A stretch of 35,272 nt of DNA from a virus. Taxonomy: Duplodnaviria; Caudoviricetes. How positions within the stretch are numbered: the first letter of the stretch is position 1; each line of letters begins with the position of its first letter. This document shows, one piece after another, positions 17,680 through 24,858 of this stretch. Below the pieces are notes generated by a model. It did not search any database. It saw only the letters and a program-made list of their open reading frames with translations, and was not told the origin of the DNA. The position numbers and the translations under genes are program-made. Where the stretch lies: positions 1 through 35,272 of the IMG/VR virus record IMGVR_UViG_3300042901_001003. The stretch is one strand, 5' to 3'.

Positions 17680-17813
17680 TGCTAACAACTACTATATTCA
17701 ATAGCGGTCATTGGGTTAAATTCAACAATTTGTTTGTACTTGGTTTTTTCAGTCTTAAACCGAAACTTATTTTTGTATATTTAGCAACATCGTGTAGCCC
17801 CTAAACGTTAGTA
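17680..17813 (+). repeat. attC-like site 13 (arms poorly matched, probable hybrid)
   Basis: TGCTAACA-ACTACTATATTCAATAGCGG...GCAACATCGTGTAGCCC-CTAAAC-GTTAGT. Confidence 0.75.
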
Positions 17814-17826
17814 GCAAGTGATACTT

Positions 17827-18069
17827 TTAGTCATTGTAGAAAATTTCAGTATAATCAGCATCTTTACCACCACACCACCAACTTTTTACATTATCTATCG
17901 TTGTATCTTCAAGCCAACAAGAACGGAAATCAAAAGTCCAAACACTTCTTTTGCCAATCCATTTTCCATCAATTAATTTCCAAACAACATTGTTGGCATC
18001 TAACATACAACCCCCAACATTTCTTACAATTTCCTCGCAAAAGATGTTTGATATTTTATTGTAAACCAT
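17827..18069 (-). CDS. Cassette 14 Trp-rich hypothetical protein
   Basis: 80 aa ORF filling cassette 17808-18190. Confidence 0.7.
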   Translation of the reverse strand: MVYNKISNIFCEEIVRNVGGCMLDANNVVWKLIDGKWIGKRSVWTFDFRSCWLEDTTIDNVKSWWCGGKDADYTEIFYND

Positions 18070-18093
18070 TTCCGTTTAATTTACCGCACCAGC

Positions 18094-18196
18094 CACTAAC
18101 AGCGGTTTGGTGCAATTATTTTGCCTATTAAATTTATCTAAAGCTCGAAGTATCTGCAAGGCAAAATAACAGACACCAAGCGGCAAAACGTTAATC
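18094..18196 (+). repeat. attC-like site 14 (short, 103 bp)
   Basis: CACTAACA-GCGGTTTGGTG.AATTATTTTGCCT...AGGCAAAATAACAGACACCAAGCGGC-AAAAC-GTTAAT. Confidence 0.85.
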
Positions 18197-18400
18197 TTTA
18201 CTATAATCTAATTCAACTTTACAACCACTTTCTTCAAACTCTAATTTTACTTTTAATAACTTAGCGTATGTAACAGCTGGCGCCTGTGGATTTTTACTTT
18301 TAATCTGTAACGCTAATTTTGATGGTGTTACACCTACCATTTTTGCAAAGGTGTTATTATTCTTTGCGGTTTCTGAAATTAATTTTTGTAGTATGTTCAT
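18191..18400 (-). CDS. Small HTH (XRE/Cro-like) regulator, first gene of leftward operon
   Basis: NNTFAKMVGVTPSKLALQI HTH-like segment; start at 18400 preferred because 18424 overlaps the promoter. Confidence 0.6.
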   Translation of the reverse strand: MNILQKLISETAKNNNTFAKMVGVTPSKLALQIKSKNPQAPAVTYAKLLKVKLEFEESGCKVELDYSKD

Positions 18401-18421
18401 TTGTCTTATAATTTTATAATG

Positions 18422-18429
18422 CAAAGATA
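18422..18429 (-). promoter_or_regulatory. Leftward promoter -7 element
   Basis: Minus strand TATCTTTG (TAnnTTTG) about 20 nt upstream of the ATG at 18400. Confidence 0.7.
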
Positions 18430-18486
18430 TATAAATATTTTAAATAAAAAAGTATAAATTAATTTTTTTTATAAATATTTTCCTTT

Positions 18487-18494
18487 TACATTTG
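18487..18494 (+). promoter_or_regulatory. Rightward early promoter -7 element
   Basis: TACATTTG about 20 nt upstream of the ATG at 18514; divergent from the leftward promoter. Confidence 0.7.
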
Positions 18495-18513
18495 CAATAT
18501 CAAATTATAAGAT

Positions 18514-18633
18514 ATGAAAACAATAACATTTTTATTATTAGCGACTATTGGTATGCACACTACTAATATGTACATAGCTTTTACTGCTCTTATTGTGTGC
18601 GGAATATTAATCTTTAAAACAACAAGAAAATGA
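18514..18633 (+). CDS. Small hydrophobic peptide (39 aa, not in ORF track)
   Basis: MKTITFLLLATIGM...ALIVCGILIFKTTRK*; ATGA coupled to next gene. Confidence 0.55.
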   Translation: MKTITFLLLATIGMHTTNMYIAFTALIVCGILIFKTTRK

Positions 18634-18833
18634 AACTAAAACAAATCTATCAGGACAAACTCGAAAATTTAGAGTACCCTTTAATGAAAGAAAATATGTT
18701 AAAATCTTTAGAAAATAACAAAATTTATTTAAGTTTTACAATTCATGAAGGGATTGATTTTTGCAACTTTTTAGCAAATCAGGAATTTACTTTTAATAAT
18801 TTTTATAACTTATTCGACCATGAAAAAATATAG
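18630..18833 (+). CDS. Hypothetical early protein
   Basis: 67 aa, part of a tightly coupled early operon. Confidence 0.65.
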   Translation: MKLKQIYQDKLENLEYPLMKENMLKSLENNKIYLSFTIHEGIDFCNFLANQEFTFNNFYNLFDHEKI

Positions 18834-18975
18834 AGTTTACTATTGGAAACACAAAAACGATGATTGTATAGATTGCGAAAAAGAAATATTCGCTTTTAAC
18901 TTCGATGAATGTTTTAAGGCTTTTAGAGAAAATAACCCATTTGTTAAAATTAGAGAAATAAAAGAAATATTATGA
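18820..18975 (+). CDS. Hypothetical early protein (51 aa, not in ORF track)
   Basis: MKKYRVYYWKH...IKEIL*; ATGA coupled to next gene. Confidence 0.6.
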   Translation: MKKYRVYYWKHKNDDCIDCEKEIFAFNFDECFKAFRENNPFVKIREIKEIL

Positions 18976-19307
18976 TAAACGCAAAAGAATTAAGAATCGG
19001 CAATTATGTAACAATAACACCGCATAAAGAAAATGATGATATGAAAATTGATTGTGAAGATTTTAAAAATTTGTTGGAATTTAAAACATTTGATAGATTA
19101 AAACCAATACCACTAAATGAAGAAAAGCTTTTGAAATTAGGATTTAAAGAAAAAGATTTTGAAGATGGTAAAATTATAACGGTAATTGAAAATAATAAAT
19201 GTATTGGTTTTATAATTAATAATTTATCTTCTATGGTTATTTTAAAATCAGTTCACCAACTTCAAAATTTATACTTCGCTTTAAATAACAAAGAATTAAC
19301 ATTATGA
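18972..19307 (+). CDS. Conserved phage hypothetical protein
   Basis: ELRIGNYV...PIPLNEE.LLKLGF...VHQLQNLYFAL pattern, recalled as common in Bacteroidota phages. Confidence 0.75.
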   Translation: MINAKELRIGNYVTITPHKENDDMKIDCEDFKNLLEFKTFDRLKPIPLNEEKLLKLGFKEKDFEDGKIITVIENNKCIGFIINNLSSMVILKSVHQLQNLYFALNNKELTL

Positions 19308-19368
19308 AAATCGACAAAGCAATTATAGAGTACTGGAAAAATTTAGATAACGTAAAAATAAAATTACA

Positions 19369-19503
19369 ATGGAGGATTTACTAAATTTCAAACAAGCACA
19401 AATTGAAGCATTACAAAAGAAACTTCAAGAAATGCAAAAAGAATTAGACACCGCAAAAGAATTATTAAAAGGAATTGTAAAAGACTACGAAAATGGAAAT
19501 TAA
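19369..19503 (+). CDS. Small coiled-coil protein (44 aa)
   Basis: Manual translation MEDLLNFKQAQIEALQKKLQEMQKEL... Confidence 0.5.
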   Translation: MEDLLNFKQAQIEALQKKLQEMQKELDTAKELLKGIVKDYENGN

Positions 19504-19601
19504 ACTAATAAACGAAGTTTGGTTTGTGAATGGTAAACCACTTAACGAATTAACACCAAACGAAAAAATTTTAATGGATAGACTATTTGAAAACTATAAA
19601 A

Positions 19602-19946
19602 ATGACACGAAATAAAGAAACGCACAACGCACTCGAATTGCTTTTAACAGCTCAGTTATTTATTGAAATATTCGAGAACTATAACTTAACAGGAATCGAA
19701 AAGAAGTATGGTAATATGTTTCACAACGCACTTGAAACAAAAACTATTAAGCATTATAACGAGGTTTACAAAAATGATGCTGAATTTGCTTTAAATAGTT
19801 TAAACATTAAACAAAGGCTAATTACTCAAATTGCTGAACTAAACGAAGCCGATGCAATTTTATTAAGTGAGTTTGTAAAAAAGTTTATTGATAATATTGA
19901 AATAGCGAGAAAAAAGGGAGTAGTATTTTTTGATAAAATTATTTAA
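19602..19946 (+). CDS. Hypothetical protein
   Basis: ATG at 19602 within track ORF 19587..19946. Confidence 0.7.
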   Translation: MTRNKETHNALELLLTAQLFIEIFENYNLTGIEKKYGNMFHNALETKTIKHYNEVYKNDAEFALNSLNIKQRLITQIAELNEADAILLSEFVKKFIDNIEIARKKGVVFFDKII

Positions 19947-19948
19947 TT

Positions 19949-20185
19949 ATGAAAATGACCTTATTAAAAATATCAAACGAGTTAGGAGTTGACAGAGTAA
20001 CACTAAAAGAAATTGCAAAAGCAAATAATTTAGAATATACCGAAAAGGACGGAATGAAATTTTATAATATTTTCGACCTTCAAAGATTAGTTGAAAGTAC
20101 AATGGTAACGATTTATAAACCTGTTTATATTAATACAACATACCACATTTACGAATCAAAAATTAATTACGACTTAACAATATGA
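19949..20185 (+). CDS. Putative HTH DNA-binding protein
   Basis: TLLKISNELGVDRVTLKEIA HTH-like; C-terminal HIYESKIN. Confidence 0.55.
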   Translation: MKMTLLKISNELGVDRVTLKEIAKANNLEYTEKDGMKFYNIFDLQRLVESTMVTIYKPVYINTTYHIYESKINYDLTI

Positions 20186-20340
20186 GCAAACTATCAAAAC
20201 GTAAAAGCATAGTAACAGTAGGTAAAAGAATACCGACCGCTTACGAAATCCAAAAAGATAACAGATTGAAAGCTATTGAAGTGGCAAACAATACAGACCC
20301 GAAACTAAAAGAAGTAATTAAATACGATTTGAAAAGATGA
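20182..20340 (+). CDS. Hypothetical protein (52 aa)
   Basis: Manual translation MSKLSKRKS...; ATGA overlaps at both ends. Confidence 0.6.
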   Translation: MSKLSKRKSIVTVGKRIPTAYEIQKDNRLKAIEVANNTDPKLKEVIKYDLKR

Positions 20341-20711
20341 AAATAGAAGAATTTTGCAGAACAGCAACACAATCTGAAATGATAAATTTATTTGCAGATT
20401 TAAGCAAGGCACTTTTGAAGCAACGGATAAAAGTATTGAAATCTTCCGAAAAGGAATTAATGACAAAAGTTGCTAATAAAAAGCAAATGGACACGCTATA
20501 CGCAAACTCTTTTAACGATATTCGAGTTTACAATACACTTTTAGCTGATTTAAAAATTTTAGTAAAATATATGAAACAAACACCACTACAAAGAATCCTC
20601 AAAATACTTGACTACTACGCTAAACTCGGAACGAATAAGGAAAAAATTAATGAACTTTATTTTAAAATATTGAAAGATGGAAAAGCACCAATTAGCAATG
20701 AAAATTTGTAA
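20337..20711 (+). CDS. Hypothetical protein
   Basis: 124 aa, coupled to upstream gene. Confidence 0.65.
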   Translation: MKIEEFCRTATQSEMINLFADLSKALLKQRIKVLKSSEKELMTKVANKKQMDTLYANSFNDIRVYNTLLADLKILVKYMKQTPLQRILKILDYYAKLGTNKEKINELYFKILKDGKAPISNENL

Positions 20712-20835
20712 AATATTGATAGAATCTGACTTGTCAATTTCTGACCAATTAAAAGTGATTGAAATGGTAAAAGAACGTTTAAAATTTTGCAAAGAAACAG
20801 GACAAAAAATGTCGCAATTAACTTTAAATTTATAA
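20677..20835 (+). CDS. Hypothetical protein (52 aa)
   Basis: Manual translation MEKHQLAMKIC...QLTLNL*; TAATG coupling to next gene. Confidence 0.55.
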   Translation: MEKHQLAMKICKILIESDLSISDQLKVIEMVKERLKFCKETGQKMSQLTLNL

Positions 20836-21077
20836 TGGAAAATACTAAAATCTTCTTTACAAGTTTCTCGCAAATAGGACTTGTTGCAATAAATACCGTA
20901 TTAATAGCAAAAGGCTTTGTTTTAGGCATTTTCTTAGCGAGCTTTACAATTAGCTTACTTTGGTCATATAATGTTTCACGTGTGGCGTTATCTGATACCA
21001 AAAGAAAACTAATATATTCATTTGGGGCTGGCTTTGGTTCAATTGCTGGTTATTACTTAATTAATATTTTTTTATAA
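20835..21077 (+). CDS. Small multi-TM membrane protein
   Basis: ATG at 20835; about three hydrophobic helices with GAGFGSIAG. Confidence 0.7.
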   Translation: MENTKIFFTSFSQIGLVAINTVLIAKGFVLGIFLASFTISLLWSYNVSRVALSDTKRKLIYSFGAGFGSIAGYYLINIFL

Positions 21078-21106
21078 AAAAAAGTATAAAATAATAATAT
21101 ATTTTG

Positions 21107-21114
21107 TATCTTTG
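21107..21114 (+). promoter_or_regulatory. Promoter -7 element for recombination genes
   Basis: TATCTTTG in the intergenic gap before 21138. Confidence 0.65.
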
Positions 21115-21137
21115 ACAAAATTTAAAACTTTAAAAAC

Positions 21138-21656
21138 ATGGAAACACAAACAGACTGGAGAAAATTCAGAAAATCAACTCATTTAGCAAGTGCCGACCTT
21201 GACGCTCTTGAAACAGATGGTAAAAAATTAATCTTTACAATTAAAGAAGTAAAGTACGAACAAGGTGTCGATGTTTCAGGAACTAAAATGGATGGAATTT
21301 TTTGCTACTTTTTAGAACCTGTTAAACCTTTAAAACTTAATTCAACAAATAATAAAGTACTTGCTGGATTTGCAAAGAAAAACGGACTAATCGGAAAAGA
21401 ATGTCACGTTATTGAGAATTGGAAAGGAATGAAAATTGAACTTTTTGTTGATAGAAATGTAAAAATGATGGGAGCTATTACCGATGGTATTAGAATCAAA
21501 CCATTGCAACCAACAGAAGTTAAAACAAAGCCTATTTTTACAGAAGCTAACTTTGAAGCTGCTAAAACTGCAAAAGCTACAATTGAACAAATAAAAACTA
21601 AATATGAACTAAGTACAGAAATGGAAATAAAATTTAAAGAATATGCAAAGCAATAA
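21138..21656 (+). CDS. Putative recombination/ssDNA-binding protein
   Basis: Position directly before the exonuclease; L...DL...TIK.V...KPLKLN.TN...W.G.KI.L OB-like pattern (inference). Confidence 0.45.
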   Translation: METQTDWRKFRKSTHLASADLDALETDGKKLIFTIKEVKYEQGVDVSGTKMDGIFCYFLEPVKPLKLNSTNNKVLAGFAKKNGLIGKECHVIENWKGMKIELFVDRNVKMMGAITDGIRIKPLQPTEVKTKPIFTEANFEAAKTAKATIEQIKTKYELSTEMEIKFKEYAKQ

Positions 21657-22266
21657 TGAACAGCGTTCAGAAAATTGGAAAATAGAGCGTTATGGTAAAT
21701 TTTCAGCAAGCGAAATTATAAAACTTTTAGGAGTTCGTGGACTTGGTGAAACTGGGAAAACATACGCAATCGAAAAAGCAATTGAAGAACTTTACGGAGA
21801 AATGGAAGAGAATTTTGTTTCTTTTGATATGCAACGAGGGATAGAATTAGAACCGCTTGCCTTTGCTAAATTCAAAGAGTTGAAAGAATTAGAATTTTTA
21901 GAAGTTACAAATTGCAGTTTCTTTAAATTTAATGAAGATGCTGGAGCTTCGCCAGATGGATTAGTTTCAGATGATGCTGTTTTAGAAATCAAATGTCCGA
22001 AATCAACTACTTTCTTTGAATTGGTAGCAACAAATGAAATAGATAAAAAGTATTATGCACAAATGCAAATGCAAATGCTATGTACAAATAGAAATAAAGC
22101 GTATTTCTTTAATTATCTTATTCACGAGGGAACTGAATATCATCATGAAATTATCGTTGAACGTGAAGAGGTTATGATTGAATTAATTAAAACAAGATTA
22201 AACGAAGCAATCGAAATAAAAAAAGAGTATATTAACAAAATTAATACAAATAAACAATGGAAGTAA
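21643..22266 (+). CDS. YqaJ/lambda-exonuclease family protein
   Basis: QRS..W...R.G.FSASE, MQRG.ELEP, GASPDG, LEIKCP and YYAQMQ.QM motifs. Confidence 0.92.
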   Translation: MQSNNEQRSENWKIERYGKFSASEIIKLLGVRGLGETGKTYAIEKAIEELYGEMEENFVSFDMQRGIELEPLAFAKFKELKELEFLEVTNCSFFKFNEDAGASPDGLVSDDAVLEIKCPKSTTFFELVATNEIDKKYYAQMQMQMLCTNRNKAYFFNYLIHEGTEYHHEIIVEREEVMIELIKTRLNEAIEIKKEYINKINTNKQWK

Positions 22267-22532
22267 CAGGAAGAATTAAAGTAATCAACCCGACACAAGA
22301 AGTGTCTGCAAGTTTTAAAAAACGTGAATTAGTAGTAGTAACTGCTGAACAATATGTACAGCATATTTTAATAGAATTTGCACAAGATAAATGCGATTTG
22401 TTAGATAACTTTCAAGAGGGGCAAGAAGTGAAAGTAAGTATTAATTTACGAGGTAGAGAGTGGGTAAATCCACAAGGAGAAACAAAGTACTTCAATCAAA
22501 TTCAAGGTTGGAAAATTGAAGCTAATTATTAA
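22257..22532 (+). CDS. DUF3127-like OB-fold protein (putative SSB)
   Basis: FKKRELVV...Y.Q.I.IEF.QDKC..LD...INLRGREW...YFN.IQGWKI. Confidence 0.85.
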   Translation: MEVTGRIKVINPTQEVSASFKKRELVVVTAEQYVQHILIEFAQDKCDLLDNFQEGQEVKVSINLRGREWVNPQGETKYFNQIQGWKIEANY

Positions 22533-22542
22533 GCAAAAAATT

Positions 22543-22575
22543 AAACCGAATTATTTTTTTAGTTCGGTTTTTTTT
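22543..22575 (+). terminator. Intrinsic terminator
   Basis: AAACCGAATTA-loop-TAGTTCGGTTT followed by T tract, just after the DUF3127-like gene. Confidence 0.75.
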
Positions 22576-22576
22576 G

Positions 22577-22584
22577 TATATTTG
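22577..22584 (+). promoter_or_regulatory. Promoter -7 element
   Basis: TATATTTG directly upstream of the structured leader. Confidence 0.7.
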
Positions 22585-22589
22585 CGTAA

Positions 22590-22686
22590 GTAATGAAGTG
22601 AGACGCATTACATACATAGAAAATATTATATAGAATCCTATTCAGGAGGCACGTCTCACACTACTGCCGAATGAATGGGATTTTTA
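22590..22686 (+). ncRNA. Putative structured leader RNA (two hairpins with complementary loops), copy 1
   Basis: GTAATG/CATTAC stem with loop GTGAGACG; second stem AATCCTATTCA/TGAATGGGATT with loop CGTCTCAC; T tract follows. Confidence 0.55.
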
Positions 22687-22704
22687 ATTTAATACTTTTA
22701 TATT

Positions 22705-22884
22705 ATGACAGATTTTGAAAAAGAAATGATTGAGGTTCAATATGAATTATTGAAAGTTCAAAAACAAAGAAATGAAATTTTAAAAAGTTCATTTGTTGTT
22801 TATGATAACTATCCAGCGGCTTTAGAAAAAATAGCTATGATTTTAGAAAAAATTGAAACATCAATTGATTTATTGGACAAATGA
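22705..22884 (+). CDS. Hypothetical protein (59 aa)
   Basis: Manual translation MTDFEKEMIEVQ...LLDK*; ATGA coupled to helicase. Confidence 0.6.
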   Translation: MTDFEKEMIEVQYELLKVQKQRNEILKSSFVVYDNYPAALEKIAMILEKIETSIDLLDK

Positions 22885-24518
22885 AACCATATCCGGACCA
22901 ACAAAAATCAATTAATGAAATCTTTGCAGAATTTCAAACTAAAGACCGACTACTCTTTCAGCTACCAACAGGAGGAGGAAAAACGGCTGTATTTTCTTTT
23001 ATAGCTAAACGATTTATAAAAGAATATCAAAAGAAAATTTTAGTGTTAGCACATCGTGAAGAATTAATTAATCAAACATTAGAAACATTGCGTAATATTG
23101 GTGTATCTTGTGAAAGCGTTATTGCTTCAAAAAAATCATTAAAACATAATGCGAACGCTTATGTAGGAATGATTCAAACGCTAAAAAATAGATTGAAAAA
23201 TAATCCTTTATTCGTTAAAGAAATTGGGCTTATCATTATAGATGAAGCGCATTTGGATTTACACAAAGAAGTATTTGAGTATTTTCCAACAGCAAAAATT
23301 TTAGCGGTTACAGCCACGCCTTCAAGTTTAAAAAAAATTAATTTTACAAGATGCCACCGCTGTAAAAAAGAACACGAAATAATAACAGAATGTTGTAATT
23401 ATGAAACTTACGAATATACCCGCAAATTTTCATATTCTGAAATTTATGAACATATTATTTTAGGTCAATCAATTTCAGAGTTGATACTAAACGATAGATT
23501 AGTAAGAGATTTGAATTACCAAATAGGCGGTTGTAATCGTTCGGAATTTTCAATAGATAGCAAAACAGGTGACTATGATACTAAGTCAACTGATGCATTT
23601 TTTAAACAGCCAAACGTTGTGAAAAATTACGAATCTATTTGTAAAGGAGAAAAAACTATTGTTTTCAATTCATCAACATCAACTAATTTAGCTACATTTG
23701 AAAGTTTTGTTGATGCTGGTTATGAGAATGTACGAATGTTGGATTCAGTAAATACAAAACAATCCGAACGCAAGCCAATTTTAAAATGGTTTAAAGAAAC
23801 TCCAGACGCTATTTTGTTAAATTGCGGAGTATTAACCGCTGGATTTGATGAGCCTACAATACAAGCCGTTATAATAAATCGAGCTACACTTTCTCTTTCT
23901 CTTTGGCTTCAAATGGTAGGGCGTGGAGGTCGTAAATGTGAAACAATTTACAAGCCACATTTTAAAGTCATTGATTTAGGCGGAAATATTGAAACTCATG
24001 GTAAATGGTCAGATGAAATCGATTGGAAGAGTATTTTTTATTCATCAAATGAAAAGCCAAAGCCAAAACGTGAAGCACTTGAACAAACAAAGCAATGTAC
24101 TAATTGCGGAATAATTTATGTTAAAAATGAAATTGTTTGCCCAAATTGCAACTATGAAGAACCAAAGAAAGAAAAATCAATTACAGATGAGGTTGCTGTT
24201 TTAGTAGATGAAATACCTTTGCCGAATGGTAAAAAAATAGTAGATTATTGCACCCGAATTGCAAAAGATAAAAATTTTGCGTGGACTATTTTAATTAACC
24301 AAATTTTAGATTTATTCATAAGGCATGAAGTCACATTTGGAACTTTTCAGCGAACAGAAAAAAACGGAAAATTTGAACAATCAATGCGTAATATTATTAA
24401 AGAACCATATTCAAGTATTCAAGGTTCAGAGCTTGAAGGCACAAATTTAAGGACAAAAGCTTATATTATTAACAAAATAAAAACTAAACTCGAAAAGTAC
24501 TATGAGAAAAGAACTTGA
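22881..24518 (+). CDS. SF2 DEAH helicase with Zn ribbons (RadD/YejH-like)
   Basis: PTGGGKT, IIIDEAH, TATP, GFDEP, QMVGRGGR motifs; CxxC pairs. Confidence 0.92.
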   Translation: MKPYPDQQKSINEIFAEFQTKDRLLFQLPTGGGKTAVFSFIAKRFIKEYQKKILVLAHREELINQTLETLRNIGVSCESVIASKKSLKHNANAYVGMIQTLKNRLKNNPLFVKEIGLIIIDEAHLDLHKEVFEYFPTAKILAVTATPSSLKKINFTRCHRCKKEHEIITECCNYETYEYTRKFSYSEIYEHIILGQSISELILNDRLVRDLNYQIGGCNRSEFSIDSKTGDYDTKSTDAFFKQPNVVKNYESICKGEKTIVFNSSTSTNLATFESFVDAGYENVRMLDSVNTKQSERKPILKWFKETPDAILLNCGVLTAGFDEPTIQAVIINRATLSLSLWLQMVGRGGRKCETIYKPHFKVIDLGGNIETHGKWSDEIDWKSIFYSSNEKPKPKREALEQTKQCTNCGIIYVKNEIVCPNCNYEEPKKEKSITDEVAVLVDEIPLPNGKKIVDYCTRIAKDKNFAWTILINQILDLFIRHEVTFGTFQRTEKNGKFEQSMRNIIKEPYSSIQGSELEGTNLRTKAYIINKIKTKLEKYYEKRT

Positions 24519-24858
24519 AGCAAAGCACCAACAGGATATAATTTTATTTATGAATAAAAATTATTTTAAAACTCACATAATTTTTTCAGTACCAAACGAA
24601 ATTCCGTATCCTTTACCTCTTAAAATAATGACACAAATACTTTCTAAATTACAGCAAAATGGACTTTTAAAAGGTGCGTCAGATTTAGTTATTCTTTGCC
24701 CTAATAAAAGATACATAACAGTAGAGGTTAAAACCTCAACAGGTTCGCAAAGCAAGGAACAAATTATATTTGAAAATCGTGTTACTGAAATAAAAGGCGA
24801 TTATATTGTGGTTCGTAGTTTAGAAGATTTTATTAACAAAGTAGTTCCAATATTATGA
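24502..24858 (+). CDS. VRR-NUC family nuclease
   Basis: E...Q, PNE, G..KGASDL, VEVK...G.QS.EQ and VVRS motifs. Confidence 0.85.
   Translation: MRKELEAKHQQDIILFMNKNYFKTHIIFSVPNEIPYPLPLKIMTQILSKLQQNGLLKGASDLVILCPNKRYITVEVKTSTGSQSKEQIIFENRVTEIKGDYIVVRSLEDFINKVVPIL

Larger units (their letters stand above)
11174..18196 (+). mobile_element. Integron-like gene cassette array (14 cassettes, no integrase in window; CALIN-like)
   Basis: 14 regularly spaced TAACA...CGTTA imperfect hairpins separating 1-3 ORFs each; each cassette's ends are mutually complementary. Confidence 0.85.

Noticed and set aside
17513-17701. Alternative minus-strand 62 aa ORF starting in attC-like site 13
   Set aside because: Overlaps the longer 17368-17667 ORF, which has an ATG in A-rich context and ends at the core TTA like other cassette genes.
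11283-18131. Plus-strand ORFs in the array (11283, 12030, 12645, 14252, 16042, 16971, 17417, 17901)
   Set aside because: Shadow frames of better minus-strand ORFs, with atypical F/S/I-rich composition and mostly non-ATG starts.
11521-18196. CRISPR array or simple terminator/REP interpretation of the periodic repeats
   Set aside because: Repeats are not identical, are over 100 bp, and are separated by whole ORFs. They lack consistent U tracts. Cassette-specific end complementarity is not explained by terminators or REPs.
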